Made by a program: the position numbers and the translations under genes. A stretch of 64,000 nt of DNA from Dehalococcoidia bacterium (GTDB lineage: Bacteria; Chloroflexota; Dehalococcoidia; Lucifugimonadales; JADFKI01). A model generated the notes under the pieces. It had not been told where the DNA came from. It saw only the letters and a list, made by a program, of their open reading frames with translations, and made no database searches. Below are positions 25,655 to 35,064 of this stretch, one piece after another; the stretch's first letter is position 1; the number at the start of each line of letters is the position of its first letter. The DNA lies in NCBI GenBank assembly GCA_965207465.1, contig OZ242283.1, positions 1,094,429 through 1,158,428 on the forward strand, given 5' to 3'.

Positions 25655-27652
25655 GCTGCCGTTCGCAGCGCCATTAGCCGTGAAATAATCGTAGCGCACT
25701 GCCGCCTTCTGCATCGAGAGTTCGATGTCTTCCTCCAGCATGTAACCTTCGCTTGCCAGACTTTGAGCGGCTTTCTTGGTCTGAGTCACATATTCGTCCT
25801 TCGACGAGTACCGCTCGCTGATGGCGGCGCGGGGGTCGCCCGTCGCCGCGCGCTTAGTCGGTGTCGCGGGGAAGGGAAGCACCCAGCCTGCAAGTCCGCC
25901 CGTTATGCCGATGACCAGACCGGGTGCGCCAATGTCGGGGTGGCGCAGGTTCCAGCCCGTGTATGTCGCCACCGGAACGGTGAGGTCGGGCAGACGTATG
26001 CCGCCAATTTCGTTGCAATCGTTGTCCACGTTGGCGACGAGCGCGGGGAACTCTTCTCCAGCGATGGGCGGTAATGTCGTCGTGCGTCCCTGCTTGGCCT
26101 CCGGGCCGTAGTCCAGGCGCATCGCGCGGGTCACCTTTTCTGGGAACGCAACGCCTGGGATGCTCAAGAACTTCGGCGCGAGGGTATGCGATTCTACGGC
26201 AGTGCCGTCAGATATGCGAGGATGCCTGCTTGCGGGCGCGGGAACGCCGCGAACCCAGCTGTCGAGGTTTTCGAGTGAGGCACGCAATAGCGGATTGTAG
26301 TCGATGATGTTGAAGGGAAGCTGACCGCGGATGCCGTCTTCTCTCGTTCCCAGCGGTGGGAACGAGTTGGCGGACCCGTGGGGTGAGCCTGCGAAATGAT
26401 AGCGGCGGACGAAGTCGCTCTCTTCGGGCGCATCGCTCATGTCGGCGAAGTTCGTGTGAATGAGAGCCGCGTCTCCGCGCCAGTATTCGGCGGAGGTATT
26501 GGTAAACATGATACGCGGCATGTGTCCGCGCTCGTGCAGTCTTTCAAGGAGCGAGCCGCTTTCCCCGGTCACCGGATCGGACTGCTCCGTGTCGGCGAAT
26601 GGAAATAGCTTGGGAATGATATAGCATACATCCTTCGAGGGCTGGCCGAAGCGCAGATTGAACTCTCCGCGCATGCCACCGGCGACGTGCGAGATTATGC
26701 CGTCGAGAGCCATGTTGCCGTCTTCATCCGTATTCAGGCCCGTGTGTATGAACTCACGGAGGAAACGACCACTCTGGGACGCACCGAAAGCATGGGCGCG
26801 CTGTATTCCACCGGCGCAGGGGTTGCCCTGCTCTGCCGATGCGTTCTTCAGGAAGGACACGATGTCGCGCATGGCGGCAAAGCCCAAGCCGACAATCCGG
26901 CTGCCGCGCGTGGTATAGACAAGCTGGTAGATTCGGCCAGGCTCGAAGCCCTCTTCCATGAAGATATGGCACGGGTCAGGCTCGACCGATGCGTCCTCGA
27001 ATCGCATGAACCGCCACTTGTCGCGGGCGATAGGCTCTGCCGGGCTGTTGGGGTGATCACGCACCGTGAGAGTCGCCTCCGCCTCGTTCTCGTCGATTGC
27101 CGGATGGGGTGCGTGTTGGCGGTCGGCGAGCAAGAAGAACTGCGTGAAGTGCGTCGCCTGGAACTGGCACATAATCCTGCCGGATATAGGATTGCCGTCT
27201 GAGTCAACCGCTTCGGGCGTCTGCAAGCCTATGAGTCCGACGCCTCGCGGAACATCAGCCTGCCAGCCGCCGAAAAGCACTGAATACCCGTGGCGCATCA
27301 GGAATCCGTTGCCGGAGTCGAGCGGGTCGGACGGCATTGTGGGCTTGCCGGTGTCGTTGAAACGCCCCATCACGGTTTTGCGCCCTCTATTGACGACATC
27401 GAACAGTACGCTGCCGTTGCCATTCTCCATCTTTTCAGGCTTCAGGAGCGTGAAGTCCGAAGAGAACCAGACCTTGCCGCCGGAATCTCGCGGGGCCAAT
27501 TTGAGGTCAACAATGCCATCGTTGGCAGAGTGGAGAGGGTCAACGGCGTAATGAACCGTGCCGTCAATCTGCTCGTAAGTTCCGACGTCGCCGAAACTCT
27601 TCCCGTCCGCATAGGGCGCTCGCCTGCTGATTTCTAGTTGAACGACTGCCAC
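25649..27652 (-). CDS. Conserved hypothetical protein (667 aa), possibly alpha/beta-hydrolase-like
   Basis: Long ORF with coding-like composition and no signal peptide seen. The family assignment is tentative: the N-terminal beta-rich segment followed by VLFDVVNRGRK resembles uncharacterised hydrolase-domain proteins. Confidence 0.7.
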   Translation of the reverse strand: MAVVQLEISRRAPYADGKSFGDVGTYEQIDGTVHYAVDPLHSANDGIVDLKLAPRDSGGKVWFSSDFTLLKPEKMENGNGSVLFDVVNRGRKTVMGRFNDTGKPTMPSDPLDSGNGFLMRHGYSVLFGGWQADVPRGVGLIGLQTPEAVDSDGNPISGRIMCQFQATHFTQFFLLADRQHAPHPAIDENEAEATLTVRDHPNSPAEPIARDKWRFMRFEDASVEPDPCHIFMEEGFEPGRIYQLVYTTRGSRIVGLGFAAMRDIVSFLKNASAEQGNPCAGGIQRAHAFGASQSGRFLREFIHTGLNTDEDGNMALDGIISHVAGGMRGEFNLRFGQPSKDVCYIIPKLFPFADTEQSDPVTGESGSLLERLHERGHMPRIMFTNTSAEYWRGDAALIHTNFADMSDAPEESDFVRRYHFAGSPHGSANSFPPLGTREDGIRGQLPFNIIDYNPLLRASLENLDSWVRGVPAPASRHPRISDGTAVESHTLAPKFLSIPGVAFPEKVTRAMRLDYGPEAKQGRTTTLPPIAGEEFPALVANVDNDCNEIGGIRLPDLTVPVATYTGWNLRHPDIGAPGLVIGITGGLAGWVLPFPATPTKRAATGDPRAAISERYSSKDEYVTQTKKAAQSLASEGYMLEEDIELSMQKAAVRYDYFTANGAANGSR

Positions 27653-28191
27653 TTGGTAGCCTCCTTGCTTGAGTTTTCATGCTTGGCATAATGTTGCGTC
27701 TGCGTGATTTTAACACTGCGATAGCGTTTTGGGGAAATCCGCCCGTTACAGACGTTGTGAGGTCGCTACGAGCAGGCTAATTTGACACACTCTAAGTCGG
27801 CGTGACAAAATCTCCTTGTCTCTATCTTTCAGAACGATACTGAGTCGTTCCATCACATAGACTTGTCGCACATGGGAGAGCGGTATTCATCCTAGCTGCT
27901 GCTGCGCGGTGGACGACCTAGAGGTTCACATACTTGCCGATTGAATGACAGATACACCGTAGTTCACGCTATCCTGACAATGCAATATCTCCGCATTGAA
28001 GTTACTGTTACTCTCTCGCGTTAAATCGCATGTGCCATTGCAACTGAGTCCCCTAGAGCCGGAATTACGATTGGCTTCGGTTCAAATTTGCCCATCCAAA
28101 GTCACCAAGCAGTCGCTAAACAACTTCTAGTCGCATCCATCGAATTTGAGGCATTCGCCCCCAAAAATGCGCTTCTCAGAAGGGCTTAAAG

Positions 28192-29400
28192 ATGACCCAG
28201 AATTCACGCGCAACACAAATAGAAGTAAAGAACCTGTGGAAAGTATTTGGCAAGAATCCAATGCTTGCCCTGAACGACGAGTACGCTTCGGCAAGCCGCG
28301 CCGAGATACAGGAAGCATTAGGGCTGGTGGTCGCACTTCGTGATGTGTCCTTCAAAGTGGAAAAGGGACAGATTTTCGTCATCATGGGTCTTTCAGGCAG
28401 CGGCAAGTCAACTCTGGTGCGCTGCCTCATCCGACTCATCGAATCCACTCAAGGTGAGGTGCTGTTTGATTGCGAGGATGTTCTGCAGTACAACTCAGAG
28501 CAGCTCATGGAGTTCAGGCGTCAGAAGATTGCTATGGTATTCCAGCACTACGGGCTGCTCCCGCATAGAAGAGTGCTGGACAATGTGGCTTACGGGCTTG
28601 AGATACGCGGCATAGACAAAGAGGAACGCTATGAGGCGGCACTCGAAGCAATTGAAACTGTCGGGCTGAAGGGCTGGGAGGACTACCTGCCAAGCGAGAT
28701 GAGCGGAGGCATGCAGCAGCGCGTTGGGCTGGCGCGAGCACTTGCGGCGAACTCGGAAGTGCTACTGATGGACGAGCCTTTCAGCGGACTCGATCCTCTG
28801 ATTCGCAGGGAAATGCAGGACGAGCTGATTTCGCTGCAAAGCACGATCCAGAAGACGATCGTGTTTATTACGCACGACCTGAACGAGGCGCTGAAGATAG
28901 GCGATCGAATTGCGATTATGCGCGACGGGGAAATAGTGCAGGAAGGCTCTCCGGAAGAGATAGTCACCCTACCCGCCGATGATTACGTAACTTCCTTCGT
29001 GCAGGACGTTTCGCGCGCAAAGGTGATTCAGGCGAAGGCGATTATGCAGGAGCCGGACGCAGTTGTGAACGACTGGCAGGGACCAAGGGCTGCGCTGCAC
29101 GCGATGCGAAGCGGCGACACCGATGTGCTGTTCGTGCTGGGGCATGACAACATCCTGAGAGGCATATTGACGGAAGATCACGCAGGCAGTCTGGCGCGGC
29201 AAAAGGTTGAATCACTGCGCGGGCTTGAACTAGGCGAGGTCATGACTGCTGACCCGGACGCGTACATCGAGGACCTGATACCGATGGCTGCAAGCACTGA
29301 GCATCCAATCGCGGTGGTGAACGACGATGGGAGATTGCTCGGCGAAGTGCATAGAGGGGCGCTGCTGACCGGGATGTCGGAAGATACGACGGAGGCTTAA
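28192..29400 (+). CDS. proV: Glycine betaine/proline ABC transporter ATP-binding protein with tandem CBS domains
   Basis: 402 aa. Contains Walker A GLSGSGKST, signature MSGGMQQRVGLARAL, and a C-terminal CBS-like pair. Confidence 0.9.
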   Translation: MTQNSRATQIEVKNLWKVFGKNPMLALNDEYASASRAEIQEALGLVVALRDVSFKVEKGQIFVIMGLSGSGKSTLVRCLIRLIESTQGEVLFDCEDVLQYNSEQLMEFRRQKIAMVFQHYGLLPHRRVLDNVAYGLEIRGIDKEERYEAALEAIETVGLKGWEDYLPSEMSGGMQQRVGLARALAANSEVLLMDEPFSGLDPLIRREMQDELISLQSTIQKTIVFITHDLNEALKIGDRIAIMRDGEIVQEGSPEEIVTLPADDYVTSFVQDVSRAKVIQAKAIMQEPDAVVNDWQGPRAALHAMRSGDTDVLFVLGHDNILRGILTEDHAGSLARQKVESLRGLELGEVMTADPDAYIEDLIPMAASTEHPIAVVNDDGRLLGEVHRGALLTGMSEDTTEA

Positions 29401-29401
29401 C

Positions 29402-30469
29402 ATGGCACAAGTCGAAAATGTGGGTCCGACTTCCGGCAGCGGTCCGGCGCAGGCTACACCAGTTTCAGTTCCTCGCATCTATTTCTGGCTGTTGGGCGGT
29501 GGGCTTGTAATCATCGTAACGCTCGCCTGCCTTCTGCTGTGGGGTCCGGGAATGGAGTACCCGACCACCGTTTCCAGCTCGGAGGTGGAAACAACAGGCG
29601 GCAATACAATCGTCATCGAGAGATCACTGCGACAGGTTACGGGACAGAAGATCGATGACTGGGCATCCTGGCTTACAGTCAACGGAGACTGGCTGTTCGA
29701 TGGTGTGAAGTCGGCGATTCAGTACGCGCTGCTCTACATTGAAAACACGCTCAAGTGGCTGCCGTGGCCCGCTATCGTGGTAGGACTCGCGCTACTGTCG
29801 TTTGCCGTGGGCCGGTGGGGCCTGATGGTTTTCACAGCGATTGCAATGCTGTATTTCGGCTTCATGGGGCTGTGGGAGAATACGATTGACACGATTGCCC
29901 TGATGGTTGTGTCGGTGGCGATCGCCGTCGCAGTCGGTCTGCCTCTTGGAGTCATCGGGGCACGCAGCCAGCTCGCAGACAGCATCATGCGGCCTATTCT
30001 GGACGCGATGCAGACGATGCCGAGCTTCGTCTATTTGCTGCCGGGTATCCTGTTCTTTGGTCTGGGGTCGCCTGCCGGAATCTTCGCTACGCTAATATAT
30101 GCGATACCCCCTGTGATTCGGCTGACGAATCTGGGGATTAGGCAGGTGTCTGAAGAGACCGTGGAAGCCGCGAGGTCTTTCGGCGCATCGCCGTGGCAGG
30201 TCTTGACTAAGGTGCAGGTGCCGATGGCATTGCCCACGATAATGGCTGGCATAAACCAGACAACTATGATGGCGCTTGCTATGGTAACTATCGCGAGCAT
30301 GGTTGCCGCGGGCGGCCTGGGAGACAACGTGCTGCGCGCCTTGCAGAAAAATCAAGTTGGGGAGGGCTTGATCTCTGGAGTGGCGATCGTGCTCCTTGCC
30401 ATAGTCATCGACAGGCTCACGCAGTCGGTCGCACGGAAGCGACAAGAGACACTGATGAGCGCGGGATAA
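29402..30469 (+). CDS. proW: Glycine betaine/proline ABC transporter permease
   Basis: 355 aa. Starts 2 nt after the proV stop. ProW-like core (LMVVSVAIAVAVGLPLGV..., EAA region EAARSFGASPWQVLTKVQVP). Confidence 0.9.
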   Translation: MAQVENVGPTSGSGPAQATPVSVPRIYFWLLGGGLVIIVTLACLLLWGPGMEYPTTVSSSEVETTGGNTIVIERSLRQVTGQKIDDWASWLTVNGDWLFDGVKSAIQYALLYIENTLKWLPWPAIVVGLALLSFAVGRWGLMVFTAIAMLYFGFMGLWENTIDTIALMVVSVAIAVAVGLPLGVIGARSQLADSIMRPILDAMQTMPSFVYLLPGILFFGLGSPAGIFATLIYAIPPVIRLTNLGIRQVSEETVEAARSFGASPWQVLTKVQVPMALPTIMAGINQTTMMALAMVTIASMVAAGGLGDNVLRALQKNQVGEGLISGVAIVLLAIVIDRLTQSVARKRQETLMSAG

Positions 30470-30638
30470 GCAGGAGGATAGCGACATATTGACATAAAAG
30501 AGACAGATGGAATAAGTATTCCGACGTTCATTTGAATGCCCGACGTTCAACAGGGAAGGGAATCCCTGAAAGTATCGTTGGAAGCCAAACGTTGAAAGAA
30601 AGAGGTTCACAGGGAAGAGCACTAAGGAGGAAACTACC

Positions 30639-32132
30639 TTGTTTAGCAAAGGGAAATTAATTTCTACAACCCTAATTTCGGCAGTCGTCGCATTTGCGGC
30701 GCTAGCCTGTTCTCAGCCCGCCCCCGCGCCTGCGCCCGCTATAGATGAGGCACGCCTGCAAGCCATAGTAGAGTCGGCAGTGGCAAAGTCTGCGCCCGCT
30801 CCGGCGCCACAGGTATCGGCAGAAGAGATTTCCGCCATGGTTGAAAAGTCCATGATGGGCATGTCCGAGTCGCAGGTCTCAGCCGACGAGATTCAGGCGA
30901 TGGTAGAGAAGGCGGTCGAATCCGCCGCGATGGAAGGCGCAAGCCCTGAAGAGATTCAGAAGATGGTGGAAAGCGCGGTCATGGCCGCAACAGAGGACTC
31001 CCTCACGGCTAGAGATGTCGAGTCCGCAATCTCTATGGCCGTAATGGAAGCGCAGGAAAGCGCCGTGACCGCTGAAGACGTGCAGTCGGCGGTTTCCTCG
31101 GCAGTTATGGAGGCTTCGACTGAGCAGTTGACTGCCGATAAGGTGCAGGAGATCGTCGCGATGGCTCTGGAAGAGCGCGCGATGATGGAAGAGCCACCAC
31201 GCGAGACGATCATATTCAGCGACCTGAACTGGTCGAGCGCGCAACTGCAAAATCGCATCGCCCAGTACCTGGTAGAGAAGGGCTATGGATATCCGACCGA
31301 CGTGTTGTTTGGCGCGACCTTGCCACTGTTCAATGGTCTGCGAAACGGCGACACGCATGTGACGATGGAAATCTGGCTGCCCAACCAGGACGAGGCGTGG
31401 AACGAAGCGCGAGCAAACGGCGAAGTGTACTCGGTCGGCCTCAGCCTTGGAAAGGACTGGCAGTCGGCGTTCGTCATTCCGAGGTATCTGCAGGAGCAGT
31501 ATCCGGAACTGGACAGCGTGGATGACTTGAAGGAACAGCAATACAAAGACCTTTTCAAGACTGCTGAAACCGGCGATAAGGCGCGGCTGGTGTCTTGCGT
31601 AATTGGTTGGGCCTGCGAAGTCGTAAACGCCGCTCAGGTCGATGGATACGGCCTGATGGAGCATGTCGAGATCATCAATCCCGGTGATGGCGCCGCATTG
31701 AACGCTGACGTGTACGGCGCGTACGAGCGGCAGGAGCCGTGGCTCGGCTACCAGTGGGGCACGAACGATCCCGCTCTGAAGCTTGACCTGGTAAGGCTGG
31801 AAGAGCCCGCATACAGCGACCAGTGCTGGTTCACGACGAAGGCATGCGCCTATGAGGACGCAACTATTCTTATCGCGGTCGTTCCGGACCTCCCGGCAAG
31901 GGCGCCGGATGTGATCGAAATGCTGCAAGCCTGGGACTTCAACATCGACATCTACAAGGCCGCGGTACAGTGGCAGGACGCAAATCCGGATGCCGACACG
32001 AACGCAACCGCCCTCTGGTGGTTGAGCGCCAATGAGGATGTCTGGAGCGCGTGGGTCACGTCCGAGGCGGCGGAGTCAGTGAGCATTGCGCTTGCGGGCG
32101 GTGAGATACCCGACGGCTGGCCTTCCGAATAG
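30639..32132 (+). CDS. proX: Glycine betaine-binding lipoprotein with a long N-terminal tandem-repeat tether
   Basis: 497 aa. TTG start 8 nt after AAGGAGG. Lipobox AALAC. OpuAC-like core (IIFSDLNWSSAQLQNRIAQYLVEKGYGYP). Confidence 0.85.
   Translation: MFSKGKLISTTLISAVVAFAALACSQPAPAPAPAIDEARLQAIVESAVAKSAPAPAPQVSAEEISAMVEKSMMGMSESQVSADEIQAMVEKAVESAAMEGASPEEIQKMVESAVMAATEDSLTARDVESAISMAVMEAQESAVTAEDVQSAVSSAVMEASTEQLTADKVQEIVAMALEERAMMEEPPRETIIFSDLNWSSAQLQNRIAQYLVEKGYGYPTDVLFGATLPLFNGLRNGDTHVTMEIWLPNQDEAWNEARANGEVYSVGLSLGKDWQSAFVIPRYLQEQYPELDSVDDLKEQQYKDLFKTAETGDKARLVSCVIGWACEVVNAAQVDGYGLMEHVEIINPGDGAALNADVYGAYERQEPWLGYQWGTNDPALKLDLVRLEEPAYSDQCWFTTKACAYEDATILIAVVPDLPARAPDVIEMLQAWDFNIDIYKAAVQWQDANPDADTNATALWWLSANEDVWSAWVTSEAAESVSIALAGGEIPDGWPSE
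30816..31193 (+). repeat. Six tandem 63-bp (21-aa) coding repeats in the ProX tether
   Basis: Residues 60-185 form six units: SAEEISAMVEKSMMGMSESQV, SADEIQAMVEKAVESAAMEGA, SPEEIQKMVESAVMAATEDSL, TARDVESAISMAVMEAQESAV, TAEDVQSAVSSAVMEASTEQL, TADKVQEIVAMALEERAMMEE. A seventh, degenerate unit starts at about 30741. Confidence 0.85.
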
Positions 32133-32176
32133 AGACTGCTAGCGGCGTAGCCGCAGAATTACCGGAATTAACTGAG

Positions 32177-32212
32177 GGAGGCGATGTAAAAATCGCCTCC
32201 TTTATTATTTTT
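32177..32212 (+). terminator. Intrinsic terminator of proVWX
   Basis: GGAGGCGAT (32177-32185) pairs with ATCGCCTCC (32192-32200), followed by TTTATTATTTTT. Confidence 0.8.
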
Positions 32213-32234
32213 GTCAGTGAGCGAAGCACAATTA

Positions 32235-33332
32235 CTATGCTTGCGGCTGAACCGTCACTTCACCGTCAGGGGAGATGGATGTTACGCGCGATGCGCCGCT
32301 GAATGATACGGCGCGCTGCGATGTTTCGACTGTCTCACCCGGCTGCACGAAAAGTGCCGTGCCGTTCTCGACCGCGCCCGCGAGCCCACCATTGCCGAAG
32401 CTGGTGAACGGCTCCAACCCGACATTGTAGGTCCGGCCGTACCATGGATAGCCGAAGCCGCCGCCGAATGAGTGCCAGTACCAGAGGAACTTGAACACAT
32501 CAGTCGGGTAATGGAAGCCGAAGCCCACGCCTGTCTTCTGGTTGGTGACGGCGTACCAGCCGTCGGGCATGTCGGCGATGTATGACATGTCGTAGGAACG
32601 GAAGCTCTTGGGCGGTATCCTGCTAAGGTCCCTTGGCGTGCCGTCCTTGAGTTGGGACATGGGCCAAGGACCCTTGAAGCCACCCTTCAGCTTAACGTTT
32701 GGATGCCAGTCTTCGCCTTCCTCGTTTATGAGAGTGCCGCCGGGAAGGTCGATGACGCAGTCCTCGCTGAGGAAGGGAGCGCCGAGCGCGATATGCTCGC
32801 CCCAGACGCAGGGCACAGGCTCCTCGCCCTCGTTTGTCAGGCGCGCCTCGATCTCCAACACAGCGGAACCGCTGCGAAGGGTTAGGGTCTTCTCGAAGAA
32901 GAAGGGCATTCGAGCGGCGCGCACCCAAAAGCGCATCGAGACAACATCCGGAGTGTCTTCCAGAATCGCCGCGTCCCAGGGCACGGTGCTTACCTCCGCG
33001 TGGAGGCCCATGTCCGCGCCCATGTGTCGGCTGGGGAAGCCGCCGCCGGGGAGAACCGTCTGCCAGCCGCCCTCGTACACATCCATCCAAAGGCTTTCGC
33101 CGTAGCCGCTGGTCGGAATGCGAACGGACGGGTCGCGCACGCCCCAGGGTGAGCGCCACAGAAAATCGGTGTCGGTCGGCTTGTGTACGAACTGGTAGAT
33201 GTCGGCGCCCTTGTCGATGAGCACCACGACCCTCAGCAGCTCATTCTCGATGACTGCTGTCTTGAGACCGCGATACATCCATGCGTCGGAGACGCGGCAA
33301 CCGTAGTTTCGCTCGATCTGGTATTGAGTCAT
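32235..33332 (-). CDS. Aldose-1-epimerase-like (galactose mutarotase fold, DUF4432-like) protein
   Basis: 365 aa. The beta-rich pattern with GGWQTVLPGGG, LHAEVS and WGEHIALG resembles mutarotase-superfamily proteins. Confidence 0.6.
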   Translation of the reverse strand: MTQYQIERNYGCRVSDAWMYRGLKTAVIENELLRVVVLIDKGADIYQFVHKPTDTDFLWRSPWGVRDPSVRIPTSGYGESLWMDVYEGGWQTVLPGGGFPSRHMGADMGLHAEVSTVPWDAAILEDTPDVVSMRFWVRAARMPFFFEKTLTLRSGSAVLEIEARLTNEGEEPVPCVWGEHIALGAPFLSEDCVIDLPGGTLINEEGEDWHPNVKLKGGFKGPWPMSQLKDGTPRDLSRIPPKSFRSYDMSYIADMPDGWYAVTNQKTGVGFGFHYPTDVFKFLWYWHSFGGGFGYPWYGRTYNVGLEPFTSFGNGGLAGAVENGTALFVQPGETVETSQRAVSFSGASRVTSISPDGEVTVQPQA

Positions 33333-33356
33333 ATTTCCTACTCCGAAAATCGACGG

Positions 33357-34214
33357 CTATCCGAGATTGGGGTAATGCAGCGGGATTCCCGTCGCCCCCG
33401 TATTGTAGCGGGTGATGTGCCAGCGCCCTAAGTTCGCGCTCAGTAGAATATCTCTACCTTCGCCGCAGAAGGCAATGTTCGTGGGCGCGGCGATAATGGT
33501 GCCCTCGAAGTCGTCTGCAAGAATTTCAAGATTACCTGCGCTGCTGAAGCGATAGATGCGGTCGGGGCGATAGCATGCGATATACAGGTTGCCGTCCGTA
33601 TCGAACGCAACGCCGTCCGGCACAGCGCCGGGAAGCTCCACGACAGTCCGTACATCACCGGCGGCACCGTCGGGAGCAATCTGAATCTCGGCAACGCGCG
33701 GCGCATTGAGGCTCATCGCCACGAACAGGCTGCCGCCACTGGGACCAACGCACAGACCGTTTGGGAACTCGCATAGTGTATGCGTCCAGACCTCGGTTTC
33801 GCCACCGGGCTTGACCTTAAATAGCTTGCCGTTGTCGGCTTTCCAGTCGCCGGAGTCGCAAACATAGAGGTTGCCGTCCGCATCGAATGCCGGATAGTTG
33901 GGTGTGTAGAACGGCTCGTCCGGCGCGCCGGTGGCGTACTTCGACACGCCACCGTCCTGAGTTATCTTCATCACGGCACGGTTTCCAGTGTCGCAGGCAT
34001 AGATGTTGTGGTTGGCATCAAGGGCAAGCCCGAGTATGAATCCGCCGGTATCGGCAATCTGCGTTGCCGTTCCCTGCTCTATATCGACGCGGTAAATCTG
34101 CCCGGCTTCACCACCGGCATAGCAGTAGCCGTCCAGTCCCCAAGCGACTCCTTCCACATGGTCGAGTCCATCCACGAGTACCGAAACGTCTCTTTCGTTG
34201 TTGAGCAGTACCAT
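33357..34214 (-). CDS. SMP-30/gluconolactonase/LRE family protein
   Basis: I place the start at ATG 34214 (MVLLNNERD...), preceded by GGAGAAAAGAAT. The track ORF extends to 34361 and would overlap the upstream SDR. Six-bladed propeller motifs are present (EGVAWGLDG, PNGLCVGPSG, PDGVAFDTDGNLY). Confidence 0.8.
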   Translation of the reverse strand: MVLLNNERDVSVLVDGLDHVEGVAWGLDGYCYAGGEAGQIYRVDIEQGTATQIADTGGFILGLALDANHNIYACDTGNRAVMKITQDGGVSKYATGAPDEPFYTPNYPAFDADGNLYVCDSGDWKADNGKLFKVKPGGETEVWTHTLCEFPNGLCVGPSGGSLFVAMSLNAPRVAEIQIAPDGAAGDVRTVVELPGAVPDGVAFDTDGNLYIACYRPDRIYRFSSAGNLEILADDFEGTIIAAPTNIAFCGEGRDILLSANLGRWHITRYNTGATGIPLHYPNLG

Positions 34215-34245
34215 ATTCTTTTCTCCGAATGGGTTGGTGAGAGAT

Positions 34246-35055
34246 TCAAATTCGAGAATCCTGGTAGAAGCCGGAGTTGAGGAAGCCGCCGTCAATGGGA
34301 ATGCCGACACCGTTGATATATCGGGCTTCCGGGCTGCACAGGAACAACACCAAGTCCGCAACCTCTTGCGGCAGCACCTCGCGCTTGATGGGGAATCGCT
34401 TCAGGCGCTGCTCCCTCAGTTCAGGCTCTCGTTCATAGACCATCTCGGTCATGGGCGTAAGAGCAACGCCGGGGCAGACGGCGTTTACATTTATGCCGAA
34501 CTGCGCCCATTCGAGTCCGAGCTGCCCTGCGAAGTTAATGAGCGCAGCCTTCGCGGGGCCATAAGCGCCGCGTTCCGGCACGGGCGACATGGCCGTTACG
34601 GACGACATCAGCACGACGCTGCCCCCGTCCCCCTGTTCGACCATCTGCCTGCCGGCTTCACGACAGAACAGGAACGCCCCCGTCAGGTGCGGCTGGAGCG
34701 AGAGGTCCCACTGGTCGAGGGACATATCCAGCACCGGAGCCTTGATGTTCGTGCCGGCGCAATGCACGAGGTAGTCCACCCGTCCGAGCTGGCTGACAAC
34801 CATCCGGATGGCAGCGGATACGGAGGACTCGTCGGTTACTTCGACCTCCACCGCGATTGCCCGACGGCCGTCAGTATCGATGGATTCAGCCAGTTCGGAC
34901 GCCGCTTCAGCGTTCATGTCGGCGACCGCAACGGCGGCGCCACGCGCGGCGAACTTGCGGCATATTTCTGAACCCAAGCCGCCGGCGCCGCCAGTTACGA
35001 TGGCTACCTTACCTTCCATGTTGTGTCTCCTGTCGAGATCAGAGGTCACTTTCAA
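34246..35055 (-). CDS. SDR family oxidoreductase
   Basis: 269 aa. Contains TGGAGGLG and YGPAKAAL. The true start may be the Met at MEGKVAIVTGG (35019). Confidence 0.85.
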   Translation of the reverse strand: MKVTSDLDRRHNMEGKVAIVTGGAGGLGSEICRKFAARGAAVAVADMNAEAASELAESIDTDGRRAIAVEVEVTDESSVSAAIRMVVSQLGRVDYLVHCAGTNIKAPVLDMSLDQWDLSLQPHLTGAFLFCREAGRQMVEQGDGGSVVLMSSVTAMSPVPERGAYGPAKAALINFAGQLGLEWAQFGINVNAVCPGVALTPMTEMVYEREPELREQRLKRFPIKREVLPQEVADLVLFLCSPEARYINGVGIPIDGGFLNSGFYQDSRI

Positions 35056-35064
35056 ACCTACCGA

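Noticed and set aside
27653-28191. Riboswitch or known leader upstream of proV
   Set aside because: I could not recognise any known riboswitch consensus by eye. It is reported only as an unexplained long spacer.
33357-34361. N-terminal extensions of track ORFs: SMP-30 protein to 34361, metallophosphoesterase to 40665, sbcD to 56662, carboxyltransferase to 61046, second S8 peptidase to 50761
   Set aside because: The extensions overlap the upstream gene or have non-coding-like composition. Internal ATGs with SD-like sequences give family-typical N-termini.
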